DNA of 64,000 nucleotides, from contig NC_042997.1 in the NCBI RefSeq assembly GCF_006345805.1, positions 56,296,001 through 56,360,000 on the forward strand. Reading direction: 5' to 3'. How positions within the stretch are numbered: position 1 is the first letter of the stretch; each line of letters opens with the position of its first letter. Both the position numbers and the translations under genes were made by a program. The DNA is from Octopus sinensis (lineage: Eukaryota). The notes under the pieces are model-generated. The model was not told where the DNA came from, did not search any database, and worked only from the letters and a program-made list of their open reading frames with translations. Below, piece after piece: positions 51,191 to 64,000 of this stretch.

Positions 51191-51966
51191 CAGTTTGTCA
51201 CTGAATTCTAGATTTGTTATCATGCTATGTCTCTGATATCCAAGCCTAACCAACAGCTTTTGATCCTACATGTTTCAGTGCACTCACTCTAGCTTGCACA
51301 CTGCAATCTTCATGTTTCACATCTGCAGGAAAAACTGCCCTGACACATACATCAAAGGCATGTCAGAACCAGCATGTATTCACACCTTTAAATACAAGGA
51401 ATACTGGTGGAATATCTAATAAAAAGAGCAATTTAGTGCAAATGTAGCAGACCTGATATTGTTCTGTGGAACAGGGAACAAGTCATGCACTGTTGTAGAG
51501 GTCAGCTGCCTTGTGGATGTGAATGTAACATCATCAAAAATCCAGGAAAAAGAGAACATTTATGGTGAAATAATGTAGAACTTACAGGTCTTGTACTCTG
51601 ACTATAAATTTTCATTTGAACCTATCACCATTAGGCTATATATCTAAAAATTCACAGAAAAGAAATACTGGGTTTTTCAAAGAAAAAGCAAAAGAAGCTG
51701 ACACACATTCTACAAATCCAATCTATTAGTGGCATAGTGGAGATTTGTAAGCCATTCCAAAGATCCTCCATCTGAGTTACTCTAGAAATAAACATGCACA
51801 CATATCGTCATTTAACATCCGCTTTCCATGCTGGTATGGATTTGACGGTTTGACTGAGGACTGGCGAGCCAGAAGGTTGCACCAGGCTCCAATCCGACAA
51901 AAAGGTGTGTGATTTAAGGGACATTTGGCAGTTGTTTCAAGCATATCTTATGACTGGTAAGATTTA

Positions 51967-52637
51967 GGACCTTTTCCCTTTCAACAGCAGATCGAGAAAT
52001 TAATTTTTTTGTAACTAAACACTTTCAAACTTCGGACACTGGTAGAATGTGTCATATAAAACATCTTTCACTGTTAGTGTTGTTGAGAAAAGTTTATATT
52101 TTCAAAGTTACTTCGTATTAAAGTAGTCATATTTCGGTAATTTCAACCAATCAATGACGTGTATGCAGCTGAATAAAATTACTGCCGTTGTTGGTCAACA
52201 ACTATCGGCAGTGTAGCTTTCGTTTGTCATTATTTATGACATCGTTCGTGCGTTTGTACTGGTTTTAGCTTTAAGGTTTTAGAGATAGGGTTGGGGTTTT
52301 AGGGTTAGAGTTACAGAAAACTGGGTTTTGGGAAAAAAAAAAACAATAATTTGTGAGAAAATGTGTGTGTTGGGGGGGGGGGGTCTTTCCGAAAATAGTA
52401 GCTGAAAAACAAGAAAAACCCCCTAAAAGCAGTAGAAATGCACGAACAATTATGGTGATGCATTGAACGTAACTGAGATGAAATAACACGAAATAACTTT
52501 GAAAATATAAACTTTTCTCAACAACACTAAGAGTAAAAGAATGTTTTATATGACACATTCTACCAGTGTCCGAAGTTTGAAAGTGTTTGGTTACAAAAAA
52601 TTAATTTCTCGACTTGCCGTTGAAAAGGAAAAGATCC
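51967..52637. mobile_element. Long-TIR (about 150 bp) foldback MITE
   Basis: 51967-52117 is the reverse complement of 52487-52637 with few mismatches. The spacer contains degenerate TTAGGG-like units. Confidence 0.75.
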
Positions 52638-52669
52638 AGGGTTGTTAATAAACACCATAAATTTTCGTT

Positions 52670-52937
52670 CCCAAATTTGGTAAATTTCGATACTTTCACT
52701 CGCACGATTTCCACTAAGGAAAAAAACAAAAAAAAAACTAGTATTTTTTGCATGGAATCAAGTACCCTGACCTACTAATATGCCGCTAACTCCTTAATTT
52801 TGTTCGAGAAAAAAAAAAGGGTTGCGGCATATTAAGAGGTCAGGGTACTTGATTCCATGCAAAAAAATCCGAGTTTCCTTTCATTTTTCCTTCGTGAAAA
52901 TCCTGCGGGTGAAAGTATCGAAATTTGCCCCAAATTT
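52670..52937. repeat. Palindromic foldback element (about 125-bp arms)
   Basis: Core TTTTTTGCATGGAATCAAGTACCCTGACCT...AGGTCAGGGTACTTGATTCCATGCAAAAAA, with the arms extending outward to AAATTTCGATACTTTCAC / GTGAAAGTATCGAAATTT. Confidence 0.75.
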
Positions 52938-54399
52938 TTTAATAGCTTAAATGAGTTTATCCTATTAATGAGAGAAAATATTGAAAAACTTCAATACTTG
53001 TCAGAGTGAGAAAGAAACAAGGAGGGGGTTATGGAATATGCTTGAAACAATAGCCAAATCTCCCTTTAATCATACATCTTTTCTGAAAATATTTACTTTT
53101 TTTTTTACTGAAAAGGCTTATACTATAGTTTTTACGTGTGTAGTGCTCCCAAAAGAATCATCGTATGTAGTGCCCACAAAATTGGTCCGGAGAAGGGAAG
53201 TAGGAGGTACAAAAAAACAAAAAAATGTGGCTGTGTGGTAAGTAGCTTGCTTACCAACCACATAGTTCTGGGTTCAATCCCACTGCGTGGCACTTTGGGC
53301 AAGTGTCTTCTACTATAGCCTCGGGCCGACCAAAGCCTTGTGAGTGGATTTGGTAGACGGTAACTGAAAGAATCCCGTCGTATATATGTATATATACATG
53401 TGTGTGTATATGTTTGTCCCCCCCCCAACATCGCTTGACAACCGATGCTAGTGTGTTTACGTCCCCGTAACTTAGCGGTTCGGCAAAACAGACCGATAGA
53501 ATAAGTACTAGGCTTACAAAGAATAAGTCCTGGGGCGATTTGCTCGACTAAAAGGCAGTGCCCCAGCATGGCCGTAGTCAAATGACTGAAACAAGTAAAA
53601 GAGTAAAGAGATAATTTCCAAGGGCACTGTAAAAAAAAAAGTCTGAAAAGTCTGTCAAAATGGAGTAATTCCAACTTATGTGTCCAATTTCGTATGACTT
53701 AGCAAGTGAACCTGCCTGCGTGATTTAAGAAGTTTATTTTTAGATGTGTTGATACTCATCTAACAAGGTGGGTAAAATGATAAACTTCTTAAATTCCGCT
53801 GGTAGATTCACTTATTAAATTAAACAAAATTAGCAATAAAATTATGATCCCAATTGTTGGAAGAAAATGGAAATTGGGAACCGATATAATCTAGAGAAAT
53901 GTGGAGTCATCAAAACTTTTTAAGGTAGTGAACTGTTTACCAAGAAATATTGTCGAATCAAAGACAGTATCCCAATTCAAGAATACTATTTTGAGAAACA
54001 ATCTTTTTGATATAATCTGAAAAAAAGTTTATTTTTAAACGATTTCGTATTTTATTGTGGAAAACTTCGTAATTACAATAGTAAGAAAATAGAGAGAGAG
54101 AGAACCCCCCCAGCCAGTAAACAAGTTAATAAAAGTTATACTTTTCATATACAAAAAATGTAGAATGAAAATTCAGCAGCAGAAGCTTAACGAACAATGC
54201 GGAAGTCTGTAAGTTGTTGCTTGATCTGCTAGAAATGAAGCCAAAGCTTCCTTAAATCACACCCTAAGGGCATATTAGATAATGTAGTTCTACGGTTAGA
54301 ATGCTTTTTATCTTTGGTCTGCTCGACCAGCACCGACCTAGGACTGAATATATTACAGTTAGGAGCTGGATGTTTTTAAAGCTGTTATTTCAACAGCGA

Positions 54400-54808
54400 A
54401 GGTGTTTACGGCGTTGGCTTCAAGAACGATAATCAAAAGACGGAAGTCATTCATGTCGACGGAAACGATCGGCGAGCTGATGATTTATATTTATTGATTA
54501 GACTCGCGTTTATTTTATTTTTTATTTTTATACAACAACAACAACAATATATATATATGTGTATGTATCCTTGTCTAGCCTTACAACATGGCAGTTATCA
54601 AGTAAAACTAGCGTAACTATTTATCTCATGTTGCTCAGTGTAAACCCACTGACGACGTCCGGTGCCACGTTCTCTATACAACATCAAAACACTTCAAATC
54701 GGACATGAAAAAAAAGAATTATATGATCACTTTTCTTTTACAAACCTACTGAAATCAAAAACAGTTCTTAAATTTCTTAATATGATTCATATTCATTATA
54801 CGGTAAGT
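54400..54808 (+). promoter_or_regulatory. Candidate promoter / non-coding first exon of the RNFT-like gene
   Basis: CpG-retaining unique sequence with CGGAAGT (ETS-like) and a consensus donor ACG|GTAAGT at 54803. The coding exon is preceded by an acceptor, so an upstream exon is required. Confidence 0.3.
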
Positions 54809-57798
54809 AAATATTTCCAAAATTGTTAAAAGAAATGTCAGGCTGAAAGAAAAAAAGGTGCATTCTCGAATATGTTTCAGGAAGACACTTTTCTTCGTGT
54901 ATTTATTTATTATCTTTTTCGCAATCCATTGGATCCTTTAAATTGTTTGATCGTTGCTGTTAATGCTGTTAGCACAATATTTTGTTTACCTTTTATTCGT
55001 GATAAAAGATTATGCTTGAATTATTGAAACCACGCTATTACAATCCCGATATTAGTCTGAGTGTGTACTTCGTCATTTGCAACACCACACCTTGTTGAAT
55101 AAGAGAAACTTGAAATAACAATTAAATTTTGTTTCACACTCTGGCTTACCGTCACGTCTGAGATTTTCAATAGTGGGGAAATAGGAATATGCAATGTTCA
55201 TAACTTTTTTAATTCTAGGGGTACAGTTAATGAAAGCATGAGCTGTTTTATATGGTAATCGAAAGTGGAACGAAAACTGGTTTCGGCGAAAACCTAATGT
55301 TCTCATCACAATGTTTACAACAGCAATTGTTTTGTTTTGTTTTTTTTAGCTCACATCAAGTGTTAGGGAAGGGCATGGTCAAACTATACCTGTAATTTTA
55401 ACATCGACACCAGGAAAATGACAAGTCGACCTTACCTGTAATTATATTAATCGCTATCACCTAAAATATTTTTGATTTGTTGATTTTCATTTTCAGTTTA
55501 GACTGACAACTATAGAATTTAATCTTTCTCTATTTCTTTCCTCGTGCCCTTTATACCAGTCAGTGAAACTTGCAATTATTCCTGAAATAAAATATATTTA
55601 CTTATATTTTAGATTTGTTAATCTTAAAAACCCTTTTCCTACTGAAAACGCAATATCTTTTCCTTTAGTAAAGCTATATCTGTCTATGAGTTATCGTTAT
55701 TTATTCATAGTTTCTAAAATATTTGACACTTGTCTTATTTCAAATATATCCGAAACACCTTAATATCCCACTGGTGTTATTGTGCATTATGTAGGGTTAC
55801 TATAGAGAAATTATATTTAATATAAGCCAAGTAAGTAACATAAAATTAGATTGATTTTAACCTAGGTTTCTTTTTCAATGAAAATCACTGCTTAATGTTT
55901 ACACTTCTACTCTGTTATGAGAGTATTTTAAAGCAAGAAAAGCTTCTTTAGCCCTGCAGAAATATTTTCAACTATAGTGAATTAAAATTTTAAATATTTT
56001 AAAATTATAAATCAGCTGGAAAGAAGGCTGATTTTTGGCTTTCCTATTTGGCCCCACATGTCTGCAGAACTTTTTTTTTTGTTTTCCGACAAAGCATAAA
56101 GTCACTATTTGAAGGAGAGGATGTATTGTCCACTGAATCGATTATAGTATATTACTGGTACTATTTTATAGATTCTCGGAGAAATGGCTTAATATCACGG
56201 ACTACCATAATGTAAAATAGATGGAGGAAACTAAATATTGTTGTGCATTTAGTTAAAATCCCTACTGTTTCATGAATAACTACCGTTCCTCTTTAAATAA
56301 CTACTGGATGCTCTCAACTTGGCGCAAAGGACCTGCATATTAGATTAGACAGAAATAGAAAATTATGACTCATTCTTTTCCAAAATACATTGGGTGTGTG
56401 AAGTGAAATGGTTTTGTCGTAGAACCGAAATTACGTTCCGGGATCCAATTGTAGAGAGTTTACCCCTTTTACGGCGGTCTCTACTTTTTTCTTAATTTAT
56501 TATGAACCGCACGCAGACCCCAATGTGTTTGAACGTTCTCCGCATGTCATATATCATCGCAATTTGGCCTTGAGTAATATGATATTGGACTGAAATTTTA
56601 GCAACACACGCTCAACAGCTGACTAATAATTGATTTGGTGCTAAGTTTCTAGCCAAGGCCATAATTTACTACGTGAAACCGCTGTTATTATTATCTTTTC
56701 GCTTATCAATTGCCACATGTTCATACCCTCCTTCATTTCTCATTGTAAACTCAGCTGTATTCATGTTATAAATCGTAAACAAAACAATCACTATTTTTCG
56801 ATTCCCCGTTTTCTCCTACTATTGGTTTCTAATATTGGCCCAAGGCCATAGCCCATTGGGGACAATATGGTCGATTAAATCGATCTCAGTAGTCGATGAG
56901 TACCTTTTTATTGACCCCGGAAGGATGAAAGAAGTAATAATTATTTGACATTAATTATTTGCACTAATAATCTTTTAATAGTCAACTCTAATCGAATAGT
57001 CCTATGATTAAAAATATTCTAAGTCTTTTTTAGAATCATGTATGACAACATATGTGATTTGGGATTTTCTTTATTCAGATGGCAGGGTGTGATTTGAGGA
57101 AAGTTTGGTTACTAATCTTAGAGCAATCATATAGATGTTTTCTCATTTCCTCTTTCACTATTTCTTTTTTTGTTTGTTTTTTGAAAGACGGTGCATTAAA
57201 GTATTTTACATTGTCTATCAACGTTCTGAGTTCAACTACTGCTGAAGTCAGCTTTGATCTTTATCATTCTATGTTTGATAAAAGATAGGAACAAATCATC
57301 CATCTTCAACATACTTCAGTGAAATTAGGCTTTAAAGTTGGTTTGGATTTGGAGGAAGAGTTTGTGCACTTGACCTTCGCAGAAGCAGCTTCTCCTTTCT
57401 GCCAGATTGGTGAGACTGCCACAGATCATAAATAGTTGCAAGATGGTAGTTGCAGAAAAATCATGGGCAGGGAGCATATTACATAGAATTGACATTTTGA
57501 GAAGGTAAAAGTGGACTTATGGTTAAGTAAGGGTCTAGGAGTAGGGATGGTCACAGAATAGGTGATTAGAGGTGGAGAGACAAACGTGTGATAATAATGA
57601 GACCATCCAGCTCTGAGGAACAGAACTTATTAGGAAAACCACTAAGAGGCGTCAGCAAATAAGTGGGCCAGAGTGTTGGTGAGTCACTGCTTGCCAATCA
57701 GTTGGATGACCTTGTTTAGGGTGCAATCTCAAACATCTGTGTGCATATATGTAGCAGTAGCACCATTCTATTTGTGGGTTTCATCTGAGCTTTTATTT

Positions 57799-58089
57799 AC
57801 ATTATTTACAATTGACGGATATTTGTCCTCATCTTGTTTATCTACGCCATATGCCCGTGGGCATATAGTGTAGTGGTTAAGAGCACAGGCTACTAACTCC
57901 AAGATTTGGAGTTCGATTCCAAGCAGTGACCTGAATAATAATAATAGTAACATAGAAAAATACCTTAGGAATGAGAACCCAGGTTCGAAATTTCCCCAAG
58001 ACACCTGATGAAGGCTGGAGGGTATATCAGCCGAAACGTGTTAACAAGAAACAAGATGAGGACAAATATCTGTCAATTGTAAATAATGT
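57799..58089 (+). mobile_element. tRNA-headed short retroelement with hammerhead motif and 41-bp terminal inverted repeat
   Basis: A box 57866-57876, B box 57909-57919, CUGAUGA-A-GGCUG(10-nt loop)CAGCC-GAAAC at 58005-58037, and inverted arms at 57799-57839 and 58049-58089. Confidence 0.6.
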
Positions 58090-60435
58090 ACATAATTCCT
58101 CATCTCTTAAATATAGAACTGTATCATCTGAGCTTTGTAGAGTATAAGTGGTTGTTGGAAGCTGAAGTATTTTCTGATCGTGAAGAGAAAGGTCAATCTT
58201 TGATAAGATGATGTTCATATTTTTGAGTGGCTGGGATCCAATATCATGTTCTTTTTTTTATGTGTATTATGTTCTACAGCTGAGACAACCATGACTCCTT
58301 TTGAGAAAATTTTCAAGATCTCTGCACATACAGTCAGGGCATGTTTGGTGTGAAGCATCAAGGCTGAATGTTGGAGAAGGTTGTTGTTAATGGCTGTCTT
58401 CACTAAGTAGAAGCGAGTGTGATAAGATGATAATTGGCATGGTCAGAGAGATTGTCCTTCCTGGGGGTGGGACACACTGCACTGTGATACCAAAGCTTGC
58501 AATGTATCCTGGTTTGTTGGCTATTTTTAATATTAAATAAGGAAGAAAAATTATCTTTGGAAAATTATTAGAAACAAGTTAATTAAAAATCATGTGTATC
58601 ACAGCATTCTCAATTTATGGCTTCCATCTTTTGTGAGAAAACAAAATCTCTGATATTTTAAGACAACCTTTCTGAGCTATCAAATCACAGGATGAAAACA
58701 TAAAGCTTGTCATTGATATCTAGTTTTTAATACTACACCAGGAAAGTTACTTATCTCACTTTAGTCCCTGCATCAAGTCTGAAAACTTAGAAGTTGATTT
58801 AGCTTAAGATTTGTTAGTTTAATGGGAACAATATATAAATAAAGCAAACATTAACGCTGTAACATTCAGATTACTCTGCAGAATGTAAAGTTTATCATTT
58901 CACATTGTTTTGAATTAATCATGCACTCTTTCGTAACTTCAAGAGTTTGATGATGTGGTTATTTATTTTTAGAATGACATTGTAGGATAGATGTGAGAGG
59001 TTGGATCTGGTTGGTTTGAACATAAAACAGATAGAATATTTGGGTCAGATATGGCCAGTTTAAATGCCAAAGGGTTAAATATAGTTTAATTATTTTTTGG
59101 TTTATGCTTTTAATAATTTTAGGAAAAGTTGATAGAAATCTTAGAAAGGAACCACTTTGAATTATAGATATCTCTTCCACAAAATGGTTCTATTTGTAAT
59201 GGAGATATTGCATGATATAGATTACTGTAGTGAACATTGTCCCAAACTGGATCATGGAAATGCACCCTAACACTGATCCCAATTTCTAATCTGTAGCAAG
59301 TCAAGATATTTTCTGTTGGTTAACTTCGCTGATAAGCTGAAACTCATATGACTATCAGAATATATCCAAAGAGAAGAAAAAAAAATATAATTGATTGATA
59401 GACAAAGACAAACATTTCTACAAAGGTTTTTGCAAAACTAACTGTTGAGTTAGCCATGTAAAAAGCAAATATAAAAAAAAAATACAAAAATACAACTATA
59501 GTGATCTGGCTGGTTTGAACATAAAATAGAAAGAATATTTGAGTTAGATGGCCAGTTTAAATTATATCATTCAATCTGATGGGGTGGTTGTGATTGGAGC
59601 ATCCTTGTAGGATCAGGGCTGATGTGGAGCTAAACAGCAACAATTCCATTGTATCCTCTATGCTACACAAGAAAACCATTTTAAGCTACATGCAAAAATG
59701 GATATGTTAACTTTTATAAGGGCATTCCTGAATAGTTCAGAAATAGAGGAGTAGATGCCATTTGGATAAACTACTGATTTCCTAGCAGTTGTTTCACTGC
59801 CTCTTGGTAGGACACTTCATTCTAAATTTTCTGTTCACATAGACCATTGTTGTTTAGCCATTGGTTAGAGCTGATCCAAGATATTCCAGCAATGACCATT
59901 CTACCTGTATTTTTAGACAATGTATCTAGGACCACTTAATCCAATGTGTCCTTTCTTTTTATAACATGATAAGGTGTTATTTCAGGTAGATTTGCCTTCA
60001 TTTCTAACAAGTCAAGCAACTGCATACGGTCTCCCTCATTGGTTTGTGTTCATCTCAGTGTCAGGAATAGGAAACTTTCTGCTGGAATAACTTTATTTCA
60101 TATTGTCTTCATGCTCTGGAATACATCTTAGTAAGTAATATGAAATCAGTTCAACAAATTACTGTAAGGATGTATAATTAGTAAAAATATCATAAAAGAT
60201 TGTTTCAGTATGCTTTTATTTTTAATTTTTATTTTTTAAACCAGGACTGGGTGCCCTTAAATGTATATTGTATAGGTTAATCTACATATGTAGACATGCA
60301 GTATCTTTTATTGCCTTTTATTATAGCACTTAAAATGATGTAACCAAATGACATACTTATACAGTGTTGAATTTCCTTTTTTCCAGCTAATCCTCTAGTT
60401 GTAGCCTGCTTTATAAGCAGTTTCAAATCGTCTCA

Positions 60436-61015
60436 ATGGCTACAGGATCTCCTTTAAGCAATTCTCAGCTTGTTTATTATTTTCGAGGCCTGCCTTATTC
60501 TTCAAACTTAACTTCAAATTTGGGATCTCAAGTCCAGAATTTGTTTCCATTGTTGAGACCTAGTTCCCACAGCAGTTTAAGAAGCAGTGAACCTTTGGCA
60601 AGTTCAGTCAGAAATAATTCACTGAGCAATAATAATAGTTCCACTCCTCATCTTTATCCACAACAATCTATGGTTATTAACATGGACCCACTTGCTAACA
60701 GAGACACAGTTAACACAAACTTTGATCTTAATGGTATATCAACTAACAGTAATAATCCCACTGAAGGTGTTTCAAGTGGGAACAATTTAAATGGATACCA
60801 GCAGCAACAACAACAACAACAGCAACAGCAACCACAGCAACAACAGCAGGATTTACTTGGCCTCAGAAATATTTCACATGGTCAACATGCACATGCTCAT
60901 CATGAACATAATACTGACAATAGATCAGACTGGCGTATTGTATTCAAATTGTTACAGAAATCTGGAATATTCGCAGTTATTCTTTTTATAAAAGTTATGT
61001 ATGATCACAGACTTG
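60436..61015 (+). CDS. RING finger and transmembrane domain protein (RNFT1/RNFT2-like), first coding exon
   Basis: Long N/S/Q/H-rich N-terminus, then LLQKSGIFAVILFIKVMYDHRLG, which resembles WLQKGLPFILILLAKLCFQHKLG of RNFT2. Acceptor ttccag at 60381-60386; phase-1 donor G|GTAAG at 61016. The rest of the gene lies outside the window or was not found. Confidence 0.72.
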
Positions 61016-64000
61016 GTAAGTACATTCCTTTTACTTCCTTATATGATTCTTTATATCCTATTTAAATATTGATATCAAATTTTGGCAAAAGGCCAGCAAA
61101 TGACCCCAAAAGGATGAAAGGCAAAGTTGACTCCAAAAGCATTTGAACTCAGAAATATAAAGTCAAATTAACGATTCTGCCAGCTTGCCGCCTTATCCGA
61201 TTTAAATATTTGGTGATGTGAGTTAGAGTTCATCCTAATCATCATCATCATCATCATCATTGTTTTAATGTCCACTTTTTTATACTTGCATGAGTCAGAC
61301 TGAATTTGTTTAGGCAGATTTTTACAGCTGCATACCCTTACTGTTGCCAACCCAAATCTGTTTCCAAGCAAGATAATATTTCCCCTTGATTAAACATGTT
61401 TTCACAGAAGATTGGTGACACTCATTTACAATTGACATGCCATGTTTAGGTGAGGAGACAGTAACACACATACGCATGCGCGACTTCTTTCAGTTTCTGT
61501 CTAGCAATCCACTCATACAGCTTTGATCAGTTCAAGGCGATTGTAGAAGACTTTTGCCAAAGATGACACACAATGAGACTGAACCCTGACCATATGTTTA
61601 GGAAGTAAACTTCTTACCACACAATTATGCCTTATATTTAGAGCCACTGGAGGCACAAAGTAATAGCAATAATTGAATTATTAGAAGGCAACTAAAGAGT
61701 TGATTTTCACAAGAGTACAAGTGTAATTTCTTTCTTTGTTTATTTTGTTGTAAAAGTTATTTCTTTAATGTGGACATATTTAGATAGAAGATTTGGGTTC
61801 TGCTAAAAAGTGCATCGTTATGTTCTTGATTAATATGAAAATGAATGCTAAAAGTTATTATATACACAGTACCTTACAAAACACAAATCTATTGAATTTT
61901 ATAGTATTGTTGTTGTTTAACCCCAAGTCAGTCATGATCCAGTAAACTTATGATTAAAGTTGTACCAACTCTGACCATCCTGTCATCTATTCAAACTAAA
62001 TAGTAGTGCTTCCTTATCATATCAAATATCCTTTTTACTAAAGTGGGTTTGAGGGGGATTTGTCTGATATTTTTAACATGTCCAATGGCTGTGTAGGCAA
62101 TTTGCCATTTGCCCAATTAACATATATACATATTAATATATGTTAATATAAATATATATTTTTTTGAGCACCTGTATTTACTGACCAGTATCATTATTAA
62201 TTGTCCTCATGTCCCAATTTATTTGTTTTCCATCCCTAATCTTTTAATTAATTCTTCATAACTACCCAACAATGAAAACACAACCTACTTTTAATTATTA
62301 TTTGTTGTTGAGTATCAATTATTTTCCTTCTTCATAACATTGTTAGGTACCAGGTGTTAGTCGTGTGTTATTTTACACCTGTCTTACCTTGTGAGACAGA
62401 TGTGATAGTTAAAAATTTACTGGGGAAATTGCACAGAATTGGAAGGAGAAGTGTAAAAAGAGTATAATATTGTGGAAGGAAAAAAACTTCTTTCACTGAA
62501 GGAAATAACCAGCCACTTGTTTGCCATTTTCCTTCCCTGTGAGGTTGGTGATAGCTATTCTGGATCAAAGTTTGGAAACAGATGTTGCAGTAAAAATTTA
62601 TTGTCAGTCATGGAAAATAAGATCACAGAAATCACTACAGCATAAAGGAGAGGTCTTACCAAGTCAAGTAAGTTTCCCCCAGGTTTAATTCCTGGTTGAA
62701 GCTAAAACACCTCAGTCCACATTACTAATGCTATCGAGAAACACTTGAATGTCAGTCAGACATTTTCACCTTTGTCTGTTAATTAGTGGTGCCATGGTTC
62801 ATTGAAGAATGCTGTGGCTTTTTGGACAATGGCGTGAACATCATTTCACTCAAACAGGAGATTATATTGCGTCATTGGATTAAAAACACTAAAAAACTTT
62901 ATCCGGAAAAGCGGTGTGTGTGTGTATCATCATCATCATCGTTTAACATCTGCTTTCCATGCTAGCATGAGTTGGACGATTTTGACTGGGAGCTGGGGAA
63001 CCAGATAGCTGCATCAGGCTCCAATCTTGATCTGGCAGAGTTTCTACAGCTGGATGCCCTTCCTAACGCCAACCACTCCGAGAGTGTAGTAGGTGTTTTT
63101 TACGTATATATGTATGGCTTAGTGGTTAGGGTATTCAGCTTGTGATCGTAGGGTCATGAGTTCAATTCCCTACAGTGCAAGACAGTTTATTTCTCATAGC
63201 TCCAGTCTACTCAGCTGGCAAAAATTAGTAGTACCTGTATTTCAAGGGGCCAGCCTTGTCACAGTTTGCGTCATGCTGAATCTCCTTGCGAAATGTGTAA
63301 AAATGGGTACATGTGTCTGTGGAGTGCTCAGCCACTTGCACGTTAATCTCACGAGCAAGCTGTTCTGTTGATTGTATCAGCTAGGACTCTCGTCGTTGTA
63401 ACCGACGGAGTGCTTCTTAATATACATACGCATATAAAATGATAAATTTGTTTCATAACTTGAAAACATGCAAATAACTTATATTATCATGTTTAATAAT
63501 AAATAAATTACTTACACGTCTTCATTATTGCAAAATGCAAAAAATTTGTTCAAAATAATGCAAAATTTGAGGTACACCTTCAAGTGAAAGAAAATCTTTA
63601 TATATACACAATTTGAGGGTATGTATCTGTGTATATTTCTATATATTTATTCACTATTGCATCTGCTACATTGACGTATGTAAATCTTTGTAAAGAATAT
63701 GAGAACATATCCGTGTGTCTGTAGACAAACACATAAGTGTGTGTATTTATATATAGATGTATAAATATACATTTTTAGTTTATGTATAGTTGGAAATAGA
63801 TATGGGTGTTTACATTTCTGTTTTTCAAAGCTAGTATATAGATGTATATGTATGTTTATTTTATATCTAATGTATGTTGTGTATGTATGTTCTGAGTTAT
63901 ATAAGTTATTTTTTCTCTTTAATTATATGCATGTTTTGTATATAAGTCTAATGTATACTATTTGTGTATGCGTGAATGACTTTATATGATTATATGTGTT

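Overview
AT-rich, repeat-dense eukaryotic genomic DNA. The SINE/LINE families, TTAGGG repeats and microsatellites point to a cephalopod, most likely Octopus (inference from repeat recognition, not a database hit). Host genes: a complete three-coding-exon LLP-homolog gene (LLPH/LAPS18 family, 128 aa, + strand, 33067-40625) and the first coding exon of an RNFT1/RNFT2-like transmembrane RING ligase with a polyQ tract (60436-61015). The largest mobile element is a young, full-length Ty3/Gypsy LTR retrotransposon of the CsRn1/Kabuki/Boudicca type (20960-26268, - strand). It has 415-bp LTRs differing at 6 sites, a CACT TSD, a tRNA-Trp PBS, a CHCC Gag, a -1 frameshift cassette and three pol lesions. 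The rest is tRNA-CORE and Meta-domain SINEs, RTE and L1/Tx1 LINE fragments, Tc1, mariner, hAT and Helitron relics, and many MITEs and foldbacks. The most interesting observations are two unrelated short non-coding retroelements carrying minimal Penelope-type hammerhead ribozyme motifs (one fused to a tRNA-like Pol III head), a TSD-flanked MITE carrying a telomeric-repeat array, and an internally inverted Tc1.
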